Shown here: piece by piece, positions 1 to 12,151 of the stretch
Layout of the letters: each line of letters starts with the position of its first letter
Numbering within the stretch: the first letter of the stretch is position 1
NCBI RefSeq assembly: GCF_009834535.1
Contig: NC_045698.1
Location: forward strand, 4,776,001-4,840,000
DNA from: Camelus ferus
Taxonomy: Eukaryota
Direction: 5' to 3'
Length of the DNA: 64,000 bases
The notes under the pieces: model-generated
What the model was told of the DNA's origin: nothing
Database searches by the model: none
Seen by the model: the letters and a program-made list of their open reading frames with translations, nothing else
Position numbers and translations under genes: made by a program

Positions 1-593
1 AGGTTGTCTCTAACTTCACGATGCCTACACAGAGGCGCCAGGCTCTGGGTTTACCGCCTCCCCTCCCCCTTTGCTGATGACTCCCTGGAAGTGACTAGAC
101 AGAGGAAGACAGTCTTAAGTGTGTGTCTAGGTCTGTACGTACAAACGATCTCACACTCTCTGCAGAGCTCTTCGTGCGGCTGACAGTGGAGTGTTCCTCC
201 CATCTCTTCAGAGATTGAGGATTAATCTTTAATCTCATCCAGAGCACTGGACCACAACTAACATACGCTGAGATCATATATTTAATTGCAACTTCTGAAA
301 AATCACTGGCAGAGTAAAAGGCAGTAGCTTGTACAGCATCTAGAAGGAGGACTAAATAGTAAGAAAATGACCATCTGCCTAAAAATGTCTCATCAGACAA
401 AGATCAAAGGAAGCCGTCACTAAAATGCAGCATGAATTCTGCCTGACGGACTCACAGTTGTTAGACTCAGCAGGTAGAATTAACTAATGTTAAATTATAT
501 ATATACATATCCCCTCACAACTCAAAGGCTCTATGACTTAAAAATACCTTTATTATGAAAATAAGACACACATAATTTATAATTTTTGCCACC

Positions 594-1068
594 TGTGATG
601 GCTAATTTTATGTATCACCTTGAGCCAAGGAATGGCCTGTGAGCTGGTAAAACATTACTTCTGGGTGTGTCTGTGAGGGTGTTTCCGGCAGAGGTGAGCA
701 CCTGCAGCAGCACAGAAGATCTGCCCTCACTGACGTGGGCAGGCGCCGTCCAGCTCATCGGGGGCTGGACAGAACAAAAGGGCAGAAGGCGCATTTTCTC
801 TCTCTGCTTGAGCTGGCTGTCCGTCTTCCCCTGCCCGCACACGTCAGAGCCCCTGGCTTTTGGACCTTCGGACGCCAGTGGTCACCCAGTTCTAGGGCTC
901 AGGACTCAGGCTGAGGTATACTCCTGGCTTTCCTGGTCCTCCAGCTGCAGACAGCAGACTGTGGGACTTCTCAGCCTCCATCACTGCATGAGCCAATTCC
1001 TGTAATAAATCTCTTATTTCTGTCTCTATAGCCCATAGGTTGTTTCTCTGGAGAACCCTGACTAACCC
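594..1068 (+). mobile_element. MLT2-family (ERVL) solo LTR
   Basis: Starts TGTGATGGCTAATTTTATG; contains CTGGGTGTGTCTGTGAGGGTGTTTCC, GGGACTTCTCAGCCTCCATCA, AATAAA, and ends TCTCTGGAGAACCCTGACTAA, all MLT2 hallmarks. Confidence 0.9.
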
Positions 1069-1100
1069 ACCACCCGACTAAGACCTAGGTTGTGTACCAT

Positions 1101-1582
1101 TGTTACCAACCAGGGTTCTTGAACTCCTTAATCAATAGAAATTGAAAAGAGGTCAGATGAGAAATTCAGGCAAAGCCTTTCTGGAATTCCTGCTGCAGCA
1201 TGAGGTAGCAAAAATAAGAAACATTTTCCCTTGCTCACTTCCTGAGTGGGGGCGAGCAGGTCTCTTAAATGGGGTGAAGGTGGGGGCAGGCCCAGGGGTC
1301 TGCTGGAGGGGGGGTTTAGGTGGTCTGCCCACCCCCTTGGTGGTGCTGTGTGCAGGGAGCACACACAGAGCCTTGCTTTTGCTCCCAGCATCTCAGAAGT
1401 GGCAGTTGGGTTTTTGGTCTTTTTGTATCTTATTCTTAATTTGCCCCAACTGCGCACACACACAGTTATTTTTAGTCCCTTGTAGTTTCTTTGTGCTCTG
1501 TTGCTGGAGGAGCTATTTGCCTGGGTGCAAGCACTGCAGCACAGGGTCCCAGGTCCCAGGTCCCAGTTCCCAGCCGGTCTCA
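1101..1582 (-). mobile_element. ERV1-like solo LTR (482 bp)
   Basis: Minus strand reads TGAGACCGG...CCCTGGTTGGTAACA (TG...CA termini); flanks CCAT/CCTT resemble a 4-bp TSD with one mismatch. Confidence 0.75.
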
Positions 1583-1879
1583 CCTTGGTGTCTTTGTGTC
1601 CTGGCGTTTCGTTAATATCAATGCCGCCTCCTACTTGCCTCAGGGATGGCGAATCGCGGTGACCATGTCATGTTACATAATCTTCTTATGTCCTCTCCAG
1701 CCACCATAAATCCAGGGCAGGCACTTCAGAAATAACTAGCTCTTTATAATAACTTTATGTCTAAAAGTAAAGCAGATGGTGAGTAACTCAGGGTCTGCTC
1801 TCACGCTCACAGCAACATGGGGAAGACGCATAAGAAAAGAGATAGTTGTATAATGAGCTATGCAATACAGCGAATGATG

Positions 1880-2215
1880 CAATGAAGGTGTAAGTCATAG
1901 AAGCCAAGAAGGAAAATGCTTCAGGAAAGATGAACTGGTCAACTTTGACAAATATTTCTGGTAGATCCAGGAAAATGAGGACAGCAATGTGGCCGTTGAG
2001 TTTGGTATTAAGGGGGTTGTTAGTGGCCCTTCCACGTGCAGTGTAAGTATCAGGCAGCCAAGCGATGGGCGAAGAAAACCTGTTGGAATGAGTGGAGCAG
2101 CAATGAGATGTAAGTGTTTGGAGGCAATACTGATAAACTTCTTTTCTGGAAGAAAAGTGCTGTGAAGGAGAGAGGAGACTGGAGGTGGGTATGAGGGCCA
2201 AGGGAGGAGTTTTTC
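1880..2215 (-). mobile_element. L2 LINE fragment (resumes about 2830-2910 after an L1 insertion)
   Basis: Degenerate L2 antisense motifs (GTGGCCGTTGAGTTTGG, GTTAGTGGCCCT, GGAATGAGTGGAG). Confidence 0.65.
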
Positions 2216-2222
2216 CTTCTGG

Positions 2223-2826
2223 TTTTATTGAAATAAAATGGATATACATCATTTATGAGTTTAAGGTGTACAGCATAACGATTTGACCTCCATACATCAT
2301 GAGATGATGGTCGCAATAAGTTTAGTGAACAGCCATCAACTTATATAGATACAAAGTAAAATAACATTTTTCCCTTGTGATGAGAACTCTCAGAATTTAC
2401 TCTCTTAACAAATTGCATATATAACATAGAGCAATGTTACTTACACTTATTTTGTTGTACATTATATTCATAGTATTTATTTATCTTATAACTAGAGATT
2501 TGTGTATTTTGACTGCTTTCATCCAGTTCTCCCTTCTCCCCACCCCCTGCCTGTGGGAAACACAAATCTGATCTCTGTTCCTATGAATCTGCTTGTTTAT
2601 TCATTTGTTTCTGAAATATGATTGACCTACAACACTATGTTTGTTCCTGGCACACAGCATAGTGACTTTACACGTTAATACATTACACAATGATCGCCAT
2701 GACAAGACTGCTTACCACCTGTCACCATACAGAGATACCACATCATTTTTTGCTATGTTCCCCACGATGTGCATTTCATATCCTTGCCTCATTCATTTTA
2801 TGACTGGAAATTTTTACCTCTTAATC
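2223..2826 (-). mobile_element. L1 3'UTR fragment (L1MA9-like/laurasiatherian)
   Basis: TTTATTGAAATA start; GGTGTACAGCATAA, GTGATGAGAACTCT...TTTACTCTCTTAAC motifs. Confidence 0.85.
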
Positions 2827-3179
2827 TAAGGAAGGATTTTTTTTTTTAAGATAGAAAGATGTTTATGTAATGATGGAATTAACCAGTAGAGAAAAAGAAA
2901 ATTGATGTGCTGTGGAATTAAATCGTACAGTGCACATAAAACTATGAAACAAGTACAAATGAGGGAGGAGAGTGGAGGTAATGATAATAATCAATTTTCA
3001 AAAATGTTGCATTGTGTCTAATTATAAAAAGCTTCTATGGTCACCATAGAAATCACAGAAAAATATAAAAGAACAAATTTAAATTACCCAGAAATCAATC
3101 ATTCTTAAATAACTTGCTTTAATACTAACTCTACTCTGCCTTGTTTATTGCAGTTTTATATTCAGTATTAATGTTCAGT

Positions 3180-3510
3180 AAGGAAAGCTTCCTTCATTAA
3201 TTTTACAGTATCTTTTTAATTATCTTTGTTTATTTTTCCAGAAGAACTTCGAACCCATATTGTGATGTAACAAAATACACTATTGGGGTTTTAATTTAAC
3301 TTTGAATACATGTATGATAACTTTGTAGTAGTCAGTCTTCCTATCACCATATTTCATATTTTCAAGTCATCTTTATTTTCCTTTAAGAAACATTTTCCTC
3401 TAAGAAACATTTTCCTCTTTTTCTTCATAAAGGTCCTGCTCATATCTTGTTAAGCTGGTGCCCAGGTATTTTGTTATTTTTGTTATCGTGGAATGTTTTT
3501 ATTTTACTAA
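3180..3510 (-). mobile_element. Old L1M ORF2 fragment
   Basis: Degenerate antisense ORF2 motifs (TTCTTCATAAAGGTCCTG...TCTTGTTAAG...CCCAGGTATTTT). Confidence 0.55.
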
Positions 3511-3664
3511 TTGTCACAATGTAGTAGTTTATCACTGATAGTAGCTCAGAAATGTTCAAGGGACTTTAGCTTTGAGGGTTTTGATCCAAATCACTACAGA
3601 CAATAATGACTGAAAAAAAAAACTTTTGTTTGTATAATTCTTTCAAACTTTATCTAAAATCAGC

Positions 3665-4570
3665 ATCCACCCTCTTAGCAGGTTTTAAGTGTACAGCACA
3701 GGACTCTTAGCTCTAGGAATGCACAGTGCACCAGCTCTCTAGGACTGATTCTTCCTGTATAACCAAAACTTTGTCCTCTTTGGCCAATTCCTCCCCATTT
3801 CCCCCCCACCAGCCCCAGGGAACCACCATTCTACTCTCTGTTTCTCTGAGTTTGACTATTCCAGATTCTTCATATAAGTGAAAACATGTATTTGACCTTC
3901 TGAGTCTGGCTTGTTTTATTCAGCCTAATGTCCTCCAGGTTCATCCATGTTGTCAGAAATGGCAGAATTCCCTTCTTATTTTAAGGCCAAATAACATTGT
4001 GTTGTGTGTACACACCACATTTTCTTTATCCATTCATCTGTCAATAAACATGTAGATTGCTTCCACATCTTGGCTATTGTGAATAATACCACAATGGACA
4101 TAGGAGAGCAGACACCTCTTTGAGTTTTGACTTCCATTCCTTTGGATACATACCCAGAAGAGGGTTTACTGGATCGTAAGGTAATCTTATTTTTCATAGT
4201 GGCTGCACCAACTTACACTTCCACCAGCAGTGTCCACAGGTTCCCTTTTCTCCATATCCTTGCCAGTCCTTGTCATTTTTTGTTTGTTTGTTTTTTCTTA
4301 TAGCCGTCCTGACAGCTATGAGGTGATATCTCATTGTGACTTTAATCTGTATTTCCTTGATAACTAGTTGTGTTGAGAACCTTTGCACATCTTATGGTAA
4401 GTGGTCTTGCTACCAAATAAGTGAGGTGAGAGGAAACTTTTGGAAGTGATGCATTTGTTTATGGCATTGATTGTGGTAGATTAATCTCTAAACTTACCAA
4501 GCTGCACACATGAAATATGTACAGCTTTTTAAGGTCAATCTTATCTCAGTAAAGTAGTTTAAAAATAAAA
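3665..4570 (+). mobile_element. 5'-inverted L1 (L1MA/MB type): 3665-4390 antisense, 4391-4570 sense with A-tail
   Basis: The minus-strand ORFs 3976-4197 and 4194-4388 are L1 ORF2 C-terminus-like (MRYHL..., DEWIKKMW); TSD TAAAATCAG at 3655-3663 and 4571-4579. Confidence 0.85.
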
Positions 4571-4710
4571 TAAAATCAGTGTCATCAAGCTGATTGTTGA
4601 CACAAGATATCAATATGCAGTGAGACTGAATTTAGCCCTAATATAAGGAGCTCAGCCTCTTCTACAAGGTATGCACGCTCTTCCCATACTCATTTTTAAC
4701 CAGAGGCATC

Positions 4711-5060
4711 TGCAGGACTGAATGCTTATGTTCCCCTCTCTCATCCCCAGATTCATGTGGTGAAATTCTGACCTTTGAGTTGACAGTATTTGGAGGTGGG
4801 GCCTTTGGGAGGGGACTTGGTCGTAAGGGTGCAGCCCTCATGAAGGAGATTAGTGCCTTTATGAAGGACGCAGAGGGATTCCTAGCCCCCTCCACCACGT
4901 GAGGGCGCAGCTAAACGCTGCCTTCTATGAGTGAAGGAAATTGTTCTCACCAGGCATCGAACCTACCAGCATCTTGGGCTTCTCAGCCTCCAGAATTGTG
5001 AGAAGTGTTTGCTGTTTATAAGCCACCCAGTATTTCTGTTATAGCAGTCTGAATGATTAT
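4711..5060 (+). mobile_element. MLT1A-type MaLR LTR
   Basis: GTATTTGGAGGTGGGGCCTTTGGGAGG, GCCCTCATGAA, CAGCCTCCAGAATTGTGAGA, TTTATAAGCCACCCAG. Confidence 0.9.
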
Positions 5061-5089
5061 CCAATAAACTATAAATAAATAATCTACTT

Positions 5090-6155
5090 ATTTATTTATT
5101 ATTGAAATATAAGTGACCTAAACGATACATTATTCCCAAGTGCACAACACAGTGAGACAATATTTCAGTGCATTACAGAATGACCACCGTGCTGTCTAGT
5201 TACCATCAGTCACCCTATAAAGTTACTACAATATTATTGACTGTGTTCCCCAAGTTGCACCTGTCATCCCCGTGACTCACTTATTTTAAAGCTGGTGGTT
5301 TATACCTCTTAATTTTCCTCACCTGCTTCACTCATCTGCCCATCCCCCTCCCCTCTGACAACCACCTGTTTTCTTTGTGTATCCATGAGCCTATTTCTAT
5401 TTTGTTATGTTTGTTTATTTGTGTTTTTTAAAATAAGAATTCCACCTATAAATGAAATCATACAGTATTTTTCTTTCTCTATCTAATTTATTTTACTTAG
5501 CATAAGACTCTATAGGTCCATCTGTGTTGTCAAAAATGGTAAGATTTCATTCCTTTTTATGGAACATTTTATGGAATATTTATACAATATTCCATTGTAT
5601 ATAAATATACACCATAATTTTTTTATCCATTTATCGATTGATGAACACTTAGGTTGCTTCCAAATCTTGGCTCTTGTAAATAATGCAGCAATTAACTTAG
5701 GGGTACATATATCTTTTCAAATTAGTGTTTTTGTTTTCTTTTGGAAAAAAACTCAGAAATGGAATTGCTAGATTATATGGTAGCTCTATTCTTAATTTTT
5801 TGAGGAACTTCCATACTGTTTGCCATAGTGGAAACACCAATTTGCATTCCTACTAACAGTGCACGAGGTTTCCCTTTTCTCCACATTCTCGCCAGCACTT
5901 GGTATTTGTCGTCTTTTTGATATTTGCCATTCTGACAGGTGTGAGGTGATGCCTCGCTGTGCTTTTGATTTGCATTCCCCTGATGATTAGTGATGCTGAG
6001 CATCTCTTCATGTGCCAGTTGACCACCTATATGTCTTCTTTGGAATCTGAACCTGAAGATCTATTCAGGTCCTATGTCCATTTTTTAATTGGGTTGTTTG
6101 TTTTTTGATGTTATGTTTTATGCGTTCTTTGCATATTTTGAATATTAACCCCTTA
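5090..6155 (-). mobile_element. 5'-truncated L1 (ORF2 C-terminus plus 3'UTR)
   Basis: ORF 5773-6003 is a frameshifted ORF2 C-terminus; T-rich tail at left; ATTCTGACAGGTGTGAGGTGAT motif. Confidence 0.9.
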
Positions 6156-7559
6156 ATACCATGCTCACTTTTGATACTTTTGTTTAAAGAGTCCACACAT
6201 AACTACTTCTTTGCAAATACTTGTATTCACAACTATTGATTTTTCTAGGGGAGCTATTCTGATACGTGACAAAAAGCAAATACAGCCAGATGTTCTTTTC
6301 TTTCTTCATCTGAGATTGATTATTTCAACACTGAAATGACTAAAATGTAATCAATGCTCAGGAGACCAGGTTGTAAACAAATCACTGTTGGCTATAAAGG
6401 AGCAATTAACTGACGAAGACCCCGTACAACATATTAATGTCTAACTGCAGATATCTGCTTCTCTGCTGCCCGCAGTGACATCAGTCTCGCCGTCACTGTC
6501 TGGTGGCAAGCTGTGGTACTGGAGCAGTTGACAAGTGTGCCTGTCACCTCGTAACAACCTCTGTGTAATCAAGTCACTGACAGGCATTTATTCCAAAAAC
6601 ACAAGAAGTGGCACATAAAATTTTGTTTTTCATATTTATCATTTGGAACTGCGTAATTTAAGGCCACTCATAACTCAACGCACTGCCAAATATTAAAATG
6701 TAAAATCGGGGAGAGAGGAGGCGGGGCAGCAGAAGTGGGGACCCTGGGCATTCGGGCCACTTCTCCAGGTAACTTCCCTTTGTATTCCGCTCAGCCCAGC
6801 CCTCCGTGCACCACTTCCTTCTGGTGATCGAGGGCTGCCATACACGCCCAGCCTTTCAGCTTGGTGGAATGGACACCTGTGGGAAAAGAAGTTTGTCCCT
6901 GAAGAATTGTGAAAGCCTTTTCTGACTATCCTGGACTTTGAGTTTTCTCTCTTGATAATCAAATTAAAAAAAAGATTTTTATAAAGTCAGATGATTTTCA
7001 ATATAGAGTCCTATATGTCAAACACATAATATTTTTTGTCAAAGCCTGAAGTGAGAAAGGCTCACATAACAGTATTTTAATAATTTAACATTTATATTGG
7101 CTCATTAGAATTGCTTAATTATTGGTTTGGGGAAATAGTAAATATGCCTTTAGATTATGAATTTTTCAAAATTGGCCGTGTAGATACTATCAAAATATGC
7201 TTTACAGGCTGATATATGAACACAAATCTTAGCCTATTGATAGGAACATAACCATTATAGAGAAGATACAGGAGATTAAAGGCTAGAAATACAAACATGA
7301 TGCTGATCGTTCCTAAACATGCCAAAATGCAATTTTACTAGCAACGCTTTTTGTCTCTGTTGTCTTAGCAAAATTTATATTTGTTGGGGCAGAGCTAAAT
7401 TTTGGCCAGTTCCTCCGCCATCTCCTTTGAGGAAGGAAAATCTAAAGGAGCAAGACAGAACCTTTCAAAATGTCCTTCGTGACATTTTCTTATCTACAAG
7501 TGTCTGAATAGCCAGCAGGCATTGAATCACTCGCTGTAGATAAAGTCTCAGATGTGATT

Positions 7560-7870
7560 CAGCCGTCAACAAGACTGGCAGGTAGCCGTGAGTACCACTG
7601 TTATCATTTTATACCAGAGGGAGCCTGGGGATGCAGAGCTGGACTCAGGCGGGGTCGTGTGATGGTCTGGGCTGAAGCTCTCCTCTTCCTTCTCCAAGTT
7701 TCACCAGCACCTGTAAGTCAGGCGCTGCCCCATCTTACAGAAGAGAAACTAAAGTTCAGAAAGGTTATCATATTATTTCATTCATTAGTTTATTCACTCA
7801 CTTGATTTATCCATTCATCCATCCATCATTCAATAAGCATCTACTTAGCAATTACTGTGTGTTAAGCCAG
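7560..7870 (-). mobile_element. MIR fragments followed by an L2 3' tail
   Basis: CCCCATCTTACAGAAGAGAAACTAAAGTTCAGAAAGGTTA (MIR core); CATTCATCCATC...CAATAAGCATCTACTTAGC (L2 tail). Confidence 0.65.
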
Positions 7871-7944
7871 CATCCAGTCTTTTATTTTTCCTTGACATTA
7901 AGAAACGTTTGGCACACTTGATGACTCGGCAACCTCCCAATTTT

Positions 7945-8096
7945 GGCTACTCTAAGTATGGTCCCTGGATTATAAGCTAGTTAGAAATGGGGACTCATGT
8001 GCCCCATCCCAGACCTACTGAATAATAACCTGCATTGTAACGAAAGCCTCTTCCTCCTGGGGACTTGAATCTACATTCGTGTTTAAGAGGCATTGT
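7945..8096. mobile_element. MER5-type hAT-Charlie DNA transposon
   Basis: AAGTATGGTCCCTGG, GTTAGAAATG, CCCCATCCCAGACCTACTGAAT motifs. Confidence 0.75.
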
Positions 8097-11000
8097 CCCA
8101 GGGGATGCTTGTCGTCAGAGAAGTTTGGACATACGTAGGGGCATCATAGGGGAAAGTTTTGATGTCTAGAGAGGTGTAGGGTTTGATCTTTGCCTGCAGG
8201 AAGCTCACCACAAAGGCTCCATGACTTCCAAAATTTGGTAGTGCATTATCACAGACCTCAAGGAATGCCAGCAGGGGAAAATGAGTAATAGTCACTTAAT
8301 TCAACCAATTCCTCAACTGGCTGCCAGCAGGAAAGGTCAGTCACATAAGTAACATCCTGTGATGAAGCGCACGCTGGGTGTGGGTGAGTACCGTGCGTGT
8401 GTGTGCGGGGACAGAGATCTGTGATACTTATTTAAATAGCTTTGATAAAAGAGGCTTTTTGCTCATTTCATATAAAATATCAACAGCAGTTTTCTGTGAA
8501 ATTTCAAGATGAAGGAAATTGGAACGCAAACACTGGTGAATGCCTTTTGGAGCAGTGACTATATTGTGTTAAATATAATGTGTTCAATTTAAAAAGTGAC
8601 TCTGATGTGCTTTTTATATATCATTACACATTTGGACAACTGAATCTTGGTTAACAGTCTCAGCTCCACACTGCTAGGGCACACACGTGATTTTCCTGGA
8701 CTCTGGCTTCTCTTCAATAACTAGCATCTTCATTTTTATGACGCTGAAAAGTTTCCGGCGTGGTACCATGTGTCGATCGTAGGCACTTAAATAAAAAGAC
8801 TGTGTTTATTAAGCCAGCATTCAGTTGAAGTATCTCAGTGAGGGGTTCACACTCCAGCCTTCACATCTTCCCCTTGGTGGCTTCCTTGGGTTTTAGAATT
8901 GGGTTTTCAAGCAGTTACTCAGTTTTGCACAAATGAATCCCCGGGAACTCTTGAAAATGAGCTCGTATATGTGAAAGAATTGTTTCTGATTGACACACTT
9001 TAATGAACAGCATCTGTGATGTTCTAGAAATGAAAACAATGGCTCATTATCGCCTTGTTCGAAATAAATGTTTGTTTGAAGCTGCCCTACACTGGAAAGT
9101 TTTCATTGTCATCTGCCTACTTCACGTGGCAGTTTATGAAACCCAAGCCACTCAGGGCCATTCTGGACCTGGGGGGCTGTCAGGCTTCAGGGACTGTCCG
9201 CCATCACCACACAGGGGAGCCGCCCCCGGGGGCTCTGCCGTCCGTGGGCTCTCAGGCTACATCACCCTACATCCCAGGAAAAGTCCCGACGTCAGCCACA
9301 GTTTCTCAGCCCCACAGGGCGAGGGCGTCTTCCTGAGCCTCCTGGTCCCCAGCACTGTGCCCGCGCCACGGTGCGGCCTGTGGGCGGCCAGGCTGCCCCG
9401 TGGGGTTCAAGGCAGCCCGCGAGGCTCAGCCTCCCCCTGGAGCCGGCTTCTCCTGCTCAGGGTCTGCTTCCAGCATGGGTCTCAGCCTTTCATCGGGAAA
9501 TTTCCTCCCCCTTCCTTACCTTCTAACTCTTCTTGAATGTTCTTGGTTTCATTTCCTCGGGGCCTCAGTGTTTCTGTTCTCTGGGAACCGTCATGCTTTC
9601 GCCCGTCGTGTCCTGCCGCTTTCATGGAGACGCTGCCTTTTCTCGTCTGTTTGAGATTATTAGTGCGTGTGATTTTAAAGTGTCATGTTATGTTCCCTTT
9701 ATCATGCCAGCTTTTAGCTTGTTTTGAGTTTCTGTTATCTTTGACTTTTCTCTTCTCTCTTTCTTTCTTTTTTAAAAATTGTCTTTGTCTTGGCCTTGTC
9801 CTGACATGTTGGAGGCATTCTTCAAACGGCTGGCGGTGCCTGGCTGCCCACTTCTGTTTGAAAGGGAGTTGACAAAACCTGGGTCCGACGCACTGTGAAA
9901 GGAGGTGCCTTCCTGAGTGGCTGTCCCGAGGGCAGTCGCCACGGAAAGACCGCCCTTTTCTGCTGGAGACCCGCAGAGGCCGGTCTCCAGGTCTTTCTTC
10001 TTGGGCCGGTCGGTTCTCCCAGGAGGAAGTTTCCATCCTCTCCGGCCTGCGTCCTAACTGGCTGCCATTGCCCTGGCTCCCGGGGAGGATAGGGGCACTG
10101 GGGCACCGACGTGCGGGTTCTAGGCCTGTGCCGTCCTGTGCTGGGTGACGTGTGACTATTTAAATTTAAACTAATTAAAATGAACAAAAATTAAAATAAG
10201 TTACTTTTCCAGTTGCACTCGCCACATGTCAAGCATTCCAGGGCAGAACTGGCTCTTGAGTGGTTGGGCAGCTCGGACGGAGAGCATTCCCGTCCTCTCA
10301 GAAAGATGAACGGAAGAGCACCGCTCTGGTTCCACTCCACCTCCAGGAAGGCCGCCTGGCCTGGGCGGGGCCTAGTGCCCCCGTGATTAGACCCTCTGTG
10401 GTTCAACTTCTCCAGGAAGAAAACTCCAGCATTTGATTGCGGTGGAGATGGGGGTTCTGCTTCTCCCCCAACTGATTTCAGATACTCCTCCGTGGGGTGG
10501 TGACCGTTCCTGGATCTTCCTCATCTGAGCTGTGACGTAACTCCCCTCTTTTCCCTCACCGCAGACGCTTTATTTACGTTTCATCCGTCCTGCTAAGTCA
10601 GTCACCACTCACCCATCTGCTCTCCAGCTCCCCAAATTTTATTGACATTCTTTATTCACTACTGTCTCCCCTTCCGTTTGCATTGCCTTTGTGGACTTCT
10701 GAGCATTCGTCCTGTGAGGTTCCTGCAGCGAGGGCCCAAGAAGAACCACAGCTGCTCCTGTGGTTCCATCCACCATGTTTGAACTGGAAGGCCTGTCCCT
10801 CCTTATTACCGATGTCAGAGGCCTCAGGCGAGGAAGTGAACTCCAAATAATCTTTTGCTGGAGGCAAAACAGGGCATATTTACCACAACTCACAGCTGAA
10901 GCCACTGGTGGCTTGTGGCTTGCAGTAAGTACAACCACTGGTAAACAGAATGGAAATGAAACTGAGACACTCGCTTCCTGCATCCTAGCTTGATGACAAT

Positions 11001-11201
11001 TCTTCCATGGTCATGAGGTTGAACCAGATTCCAAATGTTTAGATGGAAGGAGGATTTGCATGGTGTGCAATCCCTCAGGTATGTTAAAATTTCCTCTTTC
11101 ATTAAAGATAAACCTCTTTTGGATATAAGCAATGGCTGAGTCAAATTCTGGTTTCAGTAGCATGCTATAAAAATAAATACTACCCTGGTAGTCTAGAGTA
11201 T

Positions 11202-11411
11202 ATCCGTCCGTCCATCCATCCATCCATCCATCATCTATCCATCTATCCATCCATCCATCTATCCATCCATCCATCCATCATCCATCATCCATCCATCCAT
11301 CCATCATCCATCATCCATCCATCCATCCATCTATCCATCCATCCATCCATCCATCCATCATCCATCCATCCATCCATCCATCTATCCATCCATCCATCCA
11401 TCCATCCATCC
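11202..11411. repeat. (CATC)n tetranucleotide microsatellite, about 210 bp, imperfect
   Basis: Directly visible; explains the DGWMDGW ORF. Confidence 0.98.
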
Positions 11412-12151
11412 AAAAGACACTTATTCATCAGGTTCAGGTGCCTGACCTAGATTCTGTAAAATAATAAAAGCACTGATAATAGCATAACAATTATTTTTTA
11501 ATAACTGGTAATGTAAAACCTCTCACAAATAGTCTATTTTCTCATATATTTTCACGAAGTCTCTGCACTTCTTTACAAAATTAATGAAAACCATTAAGAT
11601 AAGGCTTAGACATAAAATTTAGATTAACCCAAATATTGAAATCATTGGCATCCAAACAAATGTATTTTTTTCAGTATTTTGGGGGTATGTTTTAAAGTCT
11701 TGCTCTCTGTTATTTCCTTCCTGCAGCTGATAACTACATTCATCTTCCAGCTCTATGTTCCCCCAAGGTTTGCTCATTGAGAGAATCTCTCTCTCTCTTC
11801 CCACAGCCGAGCTTCTGCAAGGTGGTAGGTTATGTAAACTGCACCTCTTTCTTTGACTTGAGTGTTGGCTCCAGAGGACTCATTTTATGAGTATTTCCAG
11901 CTCTGTAGGGAAGGGACCTGGGTCTGAGTCTATATCTAGGATACATTCTGACAAACGTCAGTAGTAAACAGGTCAGACCACTCCTTCCATTAACTCTCAG
12001 TTCTGTGAACTGTCTAACTCTCCCGTCTGTTCACCTCCACGGCTCAGCTCCCCCCAGCTTTGTTCACTTAGGCCGTCTGTCTCCCCAGCTGCACCTCATG
12101 TCATGCCTTCCTTTCACTGCCTAACCCGCAGCACGGTTACAGCCTCTGTTT

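Noticed and set aside
1128..1615. Overlapping 151-aa and 157-aa ORFs on opposite strands
   Set aside because: They coincide with the solo LTR, use non-ATG starts and resemble no protein I recognise
3384..3417. Perfect 17-bp tandem duplication TAAGAAACATTTTCCTC x2
   Set aside because: An ordinary slippage-type micro-duplication inside a dead L1
8355..8430. Box C/D snoRNA (GTGATGA near 8359)
   Set aside because: No appropriately placed CTGA box D or terminal stem
9003..9536. 177-aa ATG ORF
   Set aside because: It runs through GC-rich sequence where stops are rare; no domain or exon structure is evident
11011..11274. DGWMDGW repetitive ORF
   Set aside because: It is the translation of the (CATC)n microsatellite
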